A DNA stretch of 64,000 nucleotides from Bacteroidaceae bacterium (GTDB taxonomy: Bacteria; Bacteroidota; Bacteroidia; Bacteroidales; Bacteroidaceae), in the NCBI GenBank assembly GCA_024401165.1, contig JAKSLN010000001.1, positions 1,446 through 65,445 on the forward strand, read 5' to 3'. The translations under genes and the position numbers were made by a program. Below the pieces are notes generated by a model. That model searched no databases and was not told where the DNA came from. It saw nothing but the letters and a program-made list of their open reading frames with translations. Of this stretch, positions 24,964-33,041 are shown piece after piece (positions within the stretch are counted from its first letter, which is position 1; each line of letters begins with the position of its first letter).

Positions 24964-25796
24964 CAGGCATGATACATCAGGGCTACGACGCGTGCAGCGA
25001 GGTTGGCGCTCACCAGTCGCTTGGCTACACACTCAAGGTCGGAAAGCAGGTCGGAGGTGTAGTACAACCGGGGCGAACGGCGCGTGCAGGCTTTCATGAC
25101 GCGACGTGCCACGGCCTCGCTGGTCAGTCCGTTCTCCTCGTCCTTGATCATCTGCTCGATGGCTCCCTTCATCTTGGGATAGACTTGGCTTCCGTTCAGG
25201 TCGGTGGAGCGCTTGAAGTTGGTCTTCACGTCGCCCGGCATCACGCATGAAACCCTGATGCGGTAGTCCTTCAGTTCGTTGCGAAGGGCAAAGGCGTAGG
25301 AGTTGATGGCCGCCTTGCTAGCCGAATACATGCTCTGATAGGGAATGCTGAAGACACCGGCCATGGAACTGATGAAGACGATGCGCCCACGCTCCTCGCT
25401 CCGGCAAAGGCCCGAACCGAGAGACCTCGCTTGCTGACTTCGCATGATGGGAAGAGCTGCCTGAATGACACGGATGGGGCCGTAGACGTTGACGTCGAAC
25501 TGACGCTGCATCTCCGTCTCCTGGGTGAACTCGATGGCGCCGGCAATGCCGAAGCCGGCCGAAAGCAGTAGAAGGTCGATGCGTCCCGCCTCCTGCTGTA
25601 TGCGGTTCATGGCCTCCTGAATGGTTTCGGCCTTGGTCACGTCGCAGGCAATGTGCGTTACGCCGGGCTGTGGATTCTCGGAACGGGAAAGATCATATAC
25701 CTGATAGCCCTTGGCAACAAGCATGGCGGCACTGGAGCGGCCTATGCCAGAGGACGCACCTGTTATGACGGCAATCTTTTTCATATCTGTGTTCAT
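24963..25796 (-). CDS. Short-chain dehydrogenase/reductase (SDR)
   Basis: TGASSGIG cofactor motif and YSASKAA (YxxxK) catalytic motif. Start taken at the ATG at 25796 (MNTDMKKIAV); the ATG at 25784 is also possible. The ORF-track start is TTG. Confidence 0.8.
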   Translation of the reverse strand: MNTDMKKIAVITGASSGIGRSSAAMLVAKGYQVYDLSRSENPQPGVTHIACDVTKAETIQEAMNRIQQEAGRIDLLLLSAGFGIAGAIEFTQETEMQRQFDVNVYGPIRVIQAALPIMRSQQARSLGSGLCRSEERGRIVFISSMAGVFSIPYQSMYSASKAAINSYAFALRNELKDYRIRVSCVMPGDVKTNFKRSTDLNGSQVYPKMKGAIEQMIKDEENGLTSEAVARRVMKACTRRSPRLYYTSDLLSDLECVAKRLVSANLAARVVALMYHA

Positions 25797-25848
25797 TGAG
25801 GTTGTAAGCTTGTGAGGATTTGAGGTTGTGAGATTAGGAGGTGAGGAA

Positions 25849-28491
25849 TCATCTCCGCAACAGTCTCCAGAGGTCTGGAACCCACATGACAAGAGAGGTT
25901 AGGGCGATGTATCTCAACCAGTCCATTAGGGGGAGCGGCGTAGTGTTGAACATTTCGCCACCGCACTCGACGATGAGAATCTGTCCGACGAAGATGGCAC
26001 CCAACACACCTACAAAGCCCATGCTGAAGGAGTTGCGCCAGCGTCCGTTGCCCCTGAGCATGTCGAAGAGGTCGAGAAGCAGGCAGCGGTTGGTGCGATA
26101 GTATCGGGCATTGAAGATGTTCCAGAACTGGAGCAGGATGAAGATGGTGAAGAACGTTCCCTGCTGGTCGGAAGGCATGCGCTGCCAGAGAATGGCCATG
26201 ATGACGAACATCAAGCAACCTCCACCCAGGGTAAGTCTGGCCATGCTGCGGTCGATGATGTTGGATTTAGGATCGCGGGGGCGCTGCTGAAGCGTCTGCG
26301 GATCGGCAGGCAGAGAGGAAAGCGCGATGGCGGCAAACGTGTCCATGATGAGGTTGACCCAGAGCATCTGCGTGACGGTGAGCGGAGATTCCAATCCCAT
26401 GAAGGCACCCAGCAAGACGATAAGGCAGGCGCTGACGTTAATGGTCATCTGGAAGAGGATAAAACGCTTGATATTCAAGTAGAGAGAACGTCCCCACATG
26501 ATGGCGTTGTTGATGCTGGAGAAGGAGTTGTCGATGATGGTGATGTCGCTGGCCTCCTTGGCACGTGAGGTGCCGTCGCCCATCGAGAGACCCACCTGCG
26601 CCTTGCTGAGCGCGGGTGCATCGTTGGTGCCATCGCCCGTGACGGCCACCACTTCGCCCAAGTCCTGCAGCAGCATTACGAGGCGTGCCTTGTCATCGGG
26701 ACGAGCACGGCAGATGAGCTTGAAGTTGGGATCGGCCAGCAACTGCTTGGCATCAGTATCAGACATGGCGGCAAACTCGGTGCCTGAGACATATCGGGAT
26801 CCATCGCCCTGGGCTATCAGACCCACCTGACGTCCTATCTCGAGTGCCGTACCGCTGGTGTCGCCAGTAACGATGATGACGCGAACATGAGCCTGGTGGC
26901 GACAGATGGAAACTGCCTGGGGAACATCCTCACGAACAGGATCGGCAATGCCGACAATACCCATGAAGTGGATGGCACCTTCGGCAGGTTGGTAGGCAAA
27001 GGCAAGGGTTCGCATGGCGCGGTTCTGCATGTCTTGCAGACTGGCAAGGATGCTGTCCTTGTCAAGTTCCGCGGGGAAGGCGCTGCACATGCCGATGATA
27101 ATTTCGGGAGCACCCTTGAGGAGGCGAACCGTCGTGGTGCCAAGCGCATGCTCCGTGGCAACTACCTCGGGCAGCAATACCGTCGTCTCCATCATCTTAG
27201 TCTCTGTCGAGAAAGGAACCGTGCTGAGGATAGTCACCTCTTCGCGAAGCTTTTGGTAGTCGTGACCGTTGTCATGGAGCCACAGCAGCAAGGCACCTTC
27301 AGTAGGATTGCCAATGGGGTGCATCTCGCCGCTCTTCTCATCCAGACTGAGGTCGGCAGTGGAGTTGGCAGAAATGGCCATTGAAATGAAATCATAGTTA
27401 ACTGACTGCGAGAACGTTGCAGACTGAACTCTCATGCGGTTCTGCGTCAGCGTTCCTGTCTTGTCAGTACAGATGACCGTGGTTGCACCCATCGTCTCAC
27501 AAGCATGTAGTTTACGCACGAGATTCTTCTGCTTAAGCATCTGGCGCATGCTGAGAGCCAGACTGAGCGTGATGCTCAAGGGCAGGCCTTCGGGTACGGC
27601 CACGACAATGAGCGTGACGGCAATCATGATGCTGCTGAGCAACATCTCGATGAAGTCCATCCATTCGAAGGCTCCATCGGGAAGGTGAAGGAAGTAGAAG
27701 AGAATGCGACCGAGGATGATGAGCGCACCGACAACGAAGCTTGCCGTGGAGATGTAGCGTCCCAGGCGGTCAAGCTGTTGGTTCAAAGGGGTCTTGACAT
27801 CGCTACCCTCGGCACTACGCAGTACGCCCCTACCCTCTTCGGTGTCTACGCCGACGGCCTCCACGCGCATGGTGGCGCTTCCCTCGATGACGATGCTGTT
27901 GCGCAGCATCTTGTTGGCAGGATAGGCACATTCGTCCGCACACATGGCAGGGTCGGCAAACTTGTTGGCGTAGGGTTCGCCAGTGAAGTTGGACTCGTCA
28001 ACACGCAAGGCATTGCCTTCAAGCAACAATCCGTCAGCAGGCACTTCATCACCACTCTCCAACCATACGATGTCGCCCACGCAGACGTCTTGCTTGGGAA
28101 TCTCCATGCGATGAACATGCCCGTTACGCTTACGTGAGACCTTGACCTTGCGGTGGTCCTTGACCTTGTTGAGAATATCGAATTCGCGAGCGGCCCTGAC
28201 TTCAAAGATAAAACCCACTCCGGTGGCCAGCAAGAGGGCAATGAGCACGCCGAGGGGTTCGATCAGCGTATTGGCACCCGCACCGTTGGAATACTCGTAA
28301 AGTGAGATGCAGGTGGAGAAGCAGAAGACGACAAGAAGAATGATAATGAGGGGATCCTTGAACTTCTCGAGGAATCCCTTCCAGAGCGGTTCACGCTCAG
28401 GTGGCGGTATGACGTTGCGACCCTTACCGCGCGTTACAAGTTCTGAATTATCTTCCAGACACTCGTCTATATAGTGAACTTTTGATTTCAT
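25849..28491 (-). CDS. P-type ATPase, type II (Ca2+-transporting, PMCA/SERCA-like)
   Basis: 880 aa. ICTDKTGTLTQN phosphorylation site, VAVPEGLP, VTGDGTNDAPAL. Confidence 0.85.
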   Translation of the reverse strand: MKSKVHYIDECLEDNSELVTRGKGRNVIPPPEREPLWKGFLEKFKDPLIIILLVVFCFSTCISLYEYSNGAGANTLIEPLGVLIALLLATGVGFIFEVRAAREFDILNKVKDHRKVKVSRKRNGHVHRMEIPKQDVCVGDIVWLESGDEVPADGLLLEGNALRVDESNFTGEPYANKFADPAMCADECAYPANKMLRNSIVIEGSATMRVEAVGVDTEEGRGVLRSAEGSDVKTPLNQQLDRLGRYISTASFVVGALIILGRILFYFLHLPDGAFEWMDFIEMLLSSIMIAVTLIVVAVPEGLPLSITLSLALSMRQMLKQKNLVRKLHACETMGATTVICTDKTGTLTQNRMRVQSATFSQSVNYDFISMAISANSTADLSLDEKSGEMHPIGNPTEGALLLWLHDNGHDYQKLREEVTILSTVPFSTETKMMETTVLLPEVVATEHALGTTTVRLLKGAPEIIIGMCSAFPAELDKDSILASLQDMQNRAMRTLAFAYQPAEGAIHFMGIVGIADPVREDVPQAVSICRHQAHVRVIIVTGDTSGTALEIGRQVGLIAQGDGSRYVSGTEFAAMSDTDAKQLLADPNFKLICRARPDDKARLVMLLQDLGEVVAVTGDGTNDAPALSKAQVGLSMGDGTSRAKEASDITIIDNSFSSINNAIMWGRSLYLNIKRFILFQMTINVSACLIVLLGAFMGLESPLTVTQMLWVNLIMDTFAAIALSSLPADPQTLQQRPRDPKSNIIDRSMARLTLGGGCLMFVIMAILWQRMPSDQQGTFFTIFILLQFWNIFNARYYRTNRCLLLDLFDMLRGNGRWRNSFSMGFVGVLGAIFVGQILIVECGGEMFNTTPLPLMDWLRYIALTSLVMWVPDLWRLLRR

Positions 28492-28587
28492 TATACAAAA
28501 TTAGGTATTATTTGTCGAAATACCAAACTTATCTACCCGATTATCAAGGAAAAGAGGGCACTATTTACACATTATTTATATTTATAA

Positions 28588-28617
28588 TTTGATTTTACCA
28601 TATTTTTTGTAACTTTG
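28588..28617 (+). promoter_or_regulatory. Candidate Bacteroidota promoter (-33 TTTG, -7 TAACTTTG) for the GH51 gene
   Basis: TTTG at 28588-28591 and TAACTTTG at 28610-28617 (18-nt spacer), about 80 nt upstream of the ATG at 28698. Confidence 0.35.
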
Positions 28618-28697
28618 TCATGCAAATTGTGCTTCCAACAATGAGCAATTATGCAATTATGAATTATACTAATAACTAACATAAACCAAAAACTAGT

Positions 28698-30698
28698 ATG
28701 AAATTACGTAATGCTTTGGGACTGGCATTGATGGGCGCTGCCCTGACCGCCAATGCCCAGAAGGTCCCCGCAGGCGGTAAGGCCATTAGTGACGAACTCA
28801 TCGGTATCTTCTTCGAGGATATCAGTTACGCTGCCGATGGCGGTCTGAACGCAAACTTGGTGCAGAACGGTTCGTTCGAGTACAGTCCCCAGGTTCGCGA
28901 TGGTTGGGGTCCTGGTACCGCTTGGACTTTCCAGCGTCCCGGTCACTCTGCCGGTTACATCAACTTCGGCCAGATTAATCCTATTCACGCCAACAACCCC
29001 ACCTACATGCGCATCTATGCCGAGCGCATCGGTCACTACTACGACTTCGACGGCTGGACGGGTGTCGGCATGCAGAACAACGGCTACAATGGCATGAACA
29101 TCAAGGCTGGTGCCAAGTACAACTTCAGCATCTTCATGCGTAACGTAAGTGGTAAGGCAAAGCCCGTACGCATCGTTCTGGGTGAGCCCGGTCGCCAGAC
29201 CAAGATCCTTGCCGAGACCACCATCAACGTCTACGACAAGGAGTGGCAGAAGTACGAGGCCGTACTGACCGCAGAGGCAGACTGCAAGAATGCCATGCTG
29301 CAGATTCTCGTCCTGGAAATGGGCGAGCTGGATGTCGACATGATCAGCCTCGTTCCTCAGGACACCTACCACGGCCACGGCATCCGCAAGGACCTCGCTG
29401 AGGCTCTGGAGGGTCTGAATCCTAAGTTTATGCGCTTCCCCGGCGGTTGCGTTGCCCATGGTGGTGGCGACGGTTTCTGGGACACCTATCGTTGGAAGAC
29501 CACCGTTGGTCCCAAGGAGACCCGCAAGTCGCTGAAGAACACTTGGGGTTACAACCAGTCTATGGAAGTTGGTTACTTCGAGTACTTCCAGCTCTGCGAG
29601 GACATGGGCATGCAGCCCCTCCCCATCCTTCCCTGTGGTGTGAGCTGCCAGGGTGTGAACGGTGGTTGGAACATGTTCCCCACCCAGGCACAGAAGGCAG
29701 TTCCCATGGACGAGATGGACGAGTGGGTACAGGATGCGCTCGACCTTATCGAGTGGGCTAACGGCGACGTCAACACCAAGTGGGGTGCTGTTCGTGCTGC
29801 TGCTGGTCATCCCAAGCCCTTCGGTCTGAAGTACCTTGGTATCGGCAACGAGGAGAAGATCTCTCCCGAGTTCATCGAGCGCTTCAAGTATATGTACGAC
29901 AAAGTTACCAAGGCACATCCCGAAATCGTCATCGTAGGTACCGCAGGTCCTGGTTCACATCCCGGCAATGCTGACTACGAGAACTCATGGAAGCTGGCCG
30001 AAGAGATCGGTCTTCCCATCATGGACGAGCACTATTACGATCCTCGTCAGCAGTTCATCGACTCTCGCCAGTATGACAACGAGTTCTACAAGGACAAGAA
30101 GTGCAAGGTTTACCTGGGTGAGTACTCCGTTCAGGACCGCGGCCACGGTCAGATGAACCAGTGGGGTGACGCTCTTGCCGAGGCTATCTACCTCATGCAC
30201 GTTGAGCGCAATGCCGACAAGGTTATCATGACCTCATACGCTCCCCTCTTTGCCTACAAGCACAACACCAACTGGAACCCCAACATGATCTACTTCGACA
30301 ACGAGCGTCCCTTCTTCACCTGCAGCTACTACGTGCAGCAGATGTTCGGCCAGTCAAGCGGTCAGTACTACTATGGCGACTGTGTGAAGTTCGCTAACGG
30401 CGAGGATGAGTTCAAGAACCACCTGCTGGGTCAGTCAGTTATCCTTAATGTCAAGAAGAACGAACTCTACGTTAAGGTTGCCAACATGACCGACAACGCA
30501 ACTTCGGCAGACCTCAACCTCTCTCGCTTCTCTGTTAAGCCCAACGCTGTGAAGACCACCTTGACTGGTGCGCTCGATGCAGAGAACAACTACGACAAGC
30601 ATCCCGTTGATCCCAAGAAGGAGAACGTGAAGGCAGCCAAGAAGATGACGGTAGAGATTCCTGCTCACACCCTCATCATGTACACCATCAAACTGTAA
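28698..30698 (+). CDS. GH51-like alpha-L-arabinofuranosidase with N-terminal CBM-like domain, secreted
   Basis: Signal peptide MKLRNALGLALMGAALTANA. LRFPGG-like MRFPGGC, YLGIGNEE (acid/base GNE block) and VYLGEYSV. Confidence 0.7.
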   Translation: MKLRNALGLALMGAALTANAQKVPAGGKAISDELIGIFFEDISYAADGGLNANLVQNGSFEYSPQVRDGWGPGTAWTFQRPGHSAGYINFGQINPIHANNPTYMRIYAERIGHYYDFDGWTGVGMQNNGYNGMNIKAGAKYNFSIFMRNVSGKAKPVRIVLGEPGRQTKILAETTINVYDKEWQKYEAVLTAEADCKNAMLQILVLEMGELDVDMISLVPQDTYHGHGIRKDLAEALEGLNPKFMRFPGGCVAHGGGDGFWDTYRWKTTVGPKETRKSLKNTWGYNQSMEVGYFEYFQLCEDMGMQPLPILPCGVSCQGVNGGWNMFPTQAQKAVPMDEMDEWVQDALDLIEWANGDVNTKWGAVRAAAGHPKPFGLKYLGIGNEEKISPEFIERFKYMYDKVTKAHPEIVIVGTAGPGSHPGNADYENSWKLAEEIGLPIMDEHYYDPRQQFIDSRQYDNEFYKDKKCKVYLGEYSVQDRGHGQMNQWGDALAEAIYLMHVERNADKVIMTSYAPLFAYKHNTNWNPNMIYFDNERPFFTCSYYVQQMFGQSSGQYYYGDCVKFANGEDEFKNHLLGQSVILNVKKNELYVKVANMTDNATSADLNLSRFSVKPNAVKTTLTGALDAENNYDKHPVDPKKENVKAAKKMTVEIPAHTLIMYTIKL

Positions 30699-30715
30699 GA
30701 ACACATTATCATGAT

Positions 30716-30752
30716 AACGGGAGTGCTTCCTCGGAAGTACTCCCGTTTTATT
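30716..30752 (+). terminator. Rho-independent terminator of the GH51 gene
   Basis: 15-bp stem AACGGGAGTGCTTCC / GGAAGTACTCCCGTT (1 mismatch), followed by TTTTATT. It starts 18 nt after the stop. Confidence 0.7.
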
Positions 30753-30758
30753 AACTAT

Positions 30759-31133
30759 ATGGGACGTAACAAATTCTCTCAGAGCGAGATAGAAAAGATA
30801 GGAAAACTACTCAAGCGAAAGGCTTCGGGCACGCGATTCCAGCAGAAACTGGTTCGCCACGACCTGCGCGTCAACTTCGAGTTCAACATCTCGGACTTCA
30901 ACGAACCCGGCAAGGCCTTTGGCTACGAAGAACTGCAGCAATGCCTAGAACGCGGGCGCATACAGATTCTTGACGATGCAACAATTGAAGCCATGAAGGC
31001 CAAGCGTGCACGTGACAAGGAGCGTGATGCTGCCACTGCCGAGGCAGAAGCAATAGCCAGCGGTGAAGCAACCGACTGGAAGAAAGCCCAGGAGGAATGG
31101 GAAGCCTGGGAGAAAGAGCAAGCTCAGAAGTAA
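30759..31133 (+). CDS. Hypothetical small charged protein
   Basis: Start moved to the ATG at 30759 (MGRNKFSQSE), because the ORF-track start at 30711 would contain the terminator hairpin. The C-terminus is Ala/Glu/Lys-rich. Confidence 0.45.
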   Translation: MGRNKFSQSEIEKIGKLLKRKASGTRFQQKLVRHDLRVNFEFNISDFNEPGKAFGYEELQQCLERGRIQILDDATIEAMKAKRARDKERDAATAEAEAIASGEATDWKKAQEEWEAWEKEQAQK

Positions 31134-31175
31134 GAAAACAAGGAAGAAGGAATAGAAAGAAGGAAGACGCAGGCC

Positions 31176-31568
31176 TTATTTCTTCTTTTTGTAATACAGC
31201 AGTGCCTCTCTGATATGCTGCTGAAGAGCCTTTGCACTGAGCGTGGCACCCGTGCAGCCATCCACGTTGGCATCCTCTGCCAAACCAATGGCATTCGTCA
31301 CCTTCAGACCCTCGTATTTACCCAGCAGCACATCGGTGACACGCTTGAAGAAACGAGGCGTCTCCTTGTTACTCAAGGGTACAACCTTGACAACCTTTCC
31401 CGACTTGATGTAAACCTCAACGGGCGTCTCAGCTTTGTAGCCACGTGCCTGGCAGAGCGTCGTTGAGTTGACAACATACGTTCCGTCCTTCTGCTTGGTC
31501 ATGGCATCGTCGGCCAGGACATGAACTGACATTGCTGCGAGAGCAAAAAACAAAAATATCTTTTTCAT
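31176..31568 (-). CDS. Secreted FMN-binding domain protein
   Basis: 130 aa. Signal peptide MKKIFLFFALAAMSVHVLA. The C-terminal DGCTGATLSAKA resembles the flavinylation motif of FMN_bind (NqrC/RnfG-type) domains. Confidence 0.6.
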   Translation of the reverse strand: MKKIFLFFALAAMSVHVLADDAMTKQKDGTYVVNSTTLCQARGYKAETPVEVYIKSGKVVKVVPLSNKETPRFFKRVTDVLLGKYEGLKVTNAIGLAEDANVDGCTGATLSAKALQQHIREALLYYKKKK

Positions 31569-31755
31569 CTATCTGAATCGTTGCTTAAATATATAATAAG
31601 GTTTAGAATCGAATCGCCGATCTCCGCACCAGACCAGTATACCCTAGTTCAGCTGCACAATCCCTTGCGAAACGACCACAAAGTTAACAGCTTGGCTTGA
31701 AATGACAAAACAAAGTTAAGAAAAGTTGAACTTTACACTCACATTTTGTACGATT

Positions 31756-32958
31756 ATGAAACAAATCTTCACTCTCCCACCCTCGATATTCAAGCCCGAC
31801 ACCCGCTACAAGGCCCTATTCCTCTCACTGCTTTTGTGTGCCATCGGAAGTGGTTTGCACAAAGGAATCCTTGACAACTACGTGGCAGAGATGGCTCACA
31901 TGAATGAGCTCGACCGAGGCATTATGGAGTTCTTTCGTGAGGTTCCGGGTCTGTTGCTCGTTCTCATCCTGGCCATCTTCTATCGTTCTTCAGCCGAGAG
32001 GATGTACAAGTTGTCAATGGTCTTCATGGCAATCGGCATGGTAATGCAGTCGCTGATTGACCCGGTCAAGGTGCTGGTCATCCTTGCGCTCTTTATCTAC
32101 TCAACGGGTGAGCATATTCAGATTGGCATGCGCAACACGTTGACGTTGGAATACTCGGAACAAGGACACGGGGGACTGGCGCTGGGTTACCAAAGTTCGA
32201 TGATGCAAATTGGCAACCTTATCGGCTACGTGGCCGTCATCGCTGCCTTCTCCTATGTGGCTTCATCCTCGCTTTTCCAGCCCGTCTTTATGATTGCTGC
32301 CTTCTTCATGCTCATTGCCATGTTCGTTTCGTTCCAGCTCAAGGGCAACAGCAAGGCCAAGAAGGTCAACCGCTTCTATTTCCGCAAGAAGTTCACCAAA
32401 TACTACATGCTCGAAATGTTCTATGGAGCACGCAAGCAGGTCTTCTTCACCTTCGGTCCCTACGTGTTGATTCTCTTTTACAAAGCCGATGCTAGTCTTA
32501 TCAGTCTTCTCTTTGCCATATCTGCCATTGCCTGTTTCTTCCTCTCTCCTTGGGTGGGCAAACTGATCGACCGCATAGGATATAAGACCGTAATGATAGC
32601 GGACACCCTGCTGCTCGTCATCGTTTGCTTCTTTTACGGATTCGCCCATCACCTCTTCCCCATGCAGATTGCCTTTGTTGTCTGCTGCGTCAACTACATT
32701 CTTGACTCCGTCATCTCACTCGCCTCCATGGCTTCCAACGTCTACGTGCAAGACATCTCGGACAATCAAGAGGAGATGAAGGCAACCATCTCCACCGGCA
32801 TCAGCGTCAACCACCTCATCACCATCTTCATTGCCCTCCTGGGAGGTTGGGTATGGAATGTACTGGGAATAGAAACTCTGTTTATCGTTTCTGCCGTTCT
32901 TGGTCTCTGCAACAGCGCCTACGCCGCGACAATCAAGGTAGACAAAAGCAAAAGGTAA
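31756..32958 (+). CDS. MFS-type transporter
   Basis: About 400 aa with about 12 hydrophobic segments. The ORF-track start at 31726 is TTG; the first ATG is at 31756 (MKQIFTL). Confidence 0.6.
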   Translation: MKQIFTLPPSIFKPDTRYKALFLSLLLCAIGSGLHKGILDNYVAEMAHMNELDRGIMEFFREVPGLLLVLILAIFYRSSAERMYKLSMVFMAIGMVMQSLIDPVKVLVILALFIYSTGEHIQIGMRNTLTLEYSEQGHGGLALGYQSSMMQIGNLIGYVAVIAAFSYVASSSLFQPVFMIAAFFMLIAMFVSFQLKGNSKAKKVNRFYFRKKFTKYYMLEMFYGARKQVFFTFGPYVLILFYKADASLISLLFAISAIACFFLSPWVGKLIDRIGYKTVMIADTLLLVIVCFFYGFAHHLFPMQIAFVVCCVNYILDSVISLASMASNVYVQDISDNQEEMKATISTGISVNHLITIFIALLGGWVWNVLGIETLFIVSAVLGLCNSAYAATIKVDKSKR

Positions 32959-33041
32959 ACCCGAACACCCCTAAATAACATATTTAATGAAACTTCGCAA
33001 CATATTGTTCCGCAATATGTTAAAAATACTTCATCGGAATA

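Noticed and set aside
28704-29918. 404-aa minus-strand ORF inside the GH51 gene
   Set aside because: It is an antisense shadow ORF. The GH51 frame has a signal peptide and catalytic blocks, and this one has none.
32999-33021. AT-rich palindrome AACATATTG-TTCCG-CAATATGTT between the convergent MFS and last pilus genes, considered as a bidirectional terminator
   Set aside because: The stem is weak (all A/T except two pairs) and there is no clear T-run on either strand. It is noted but not called as a feature.
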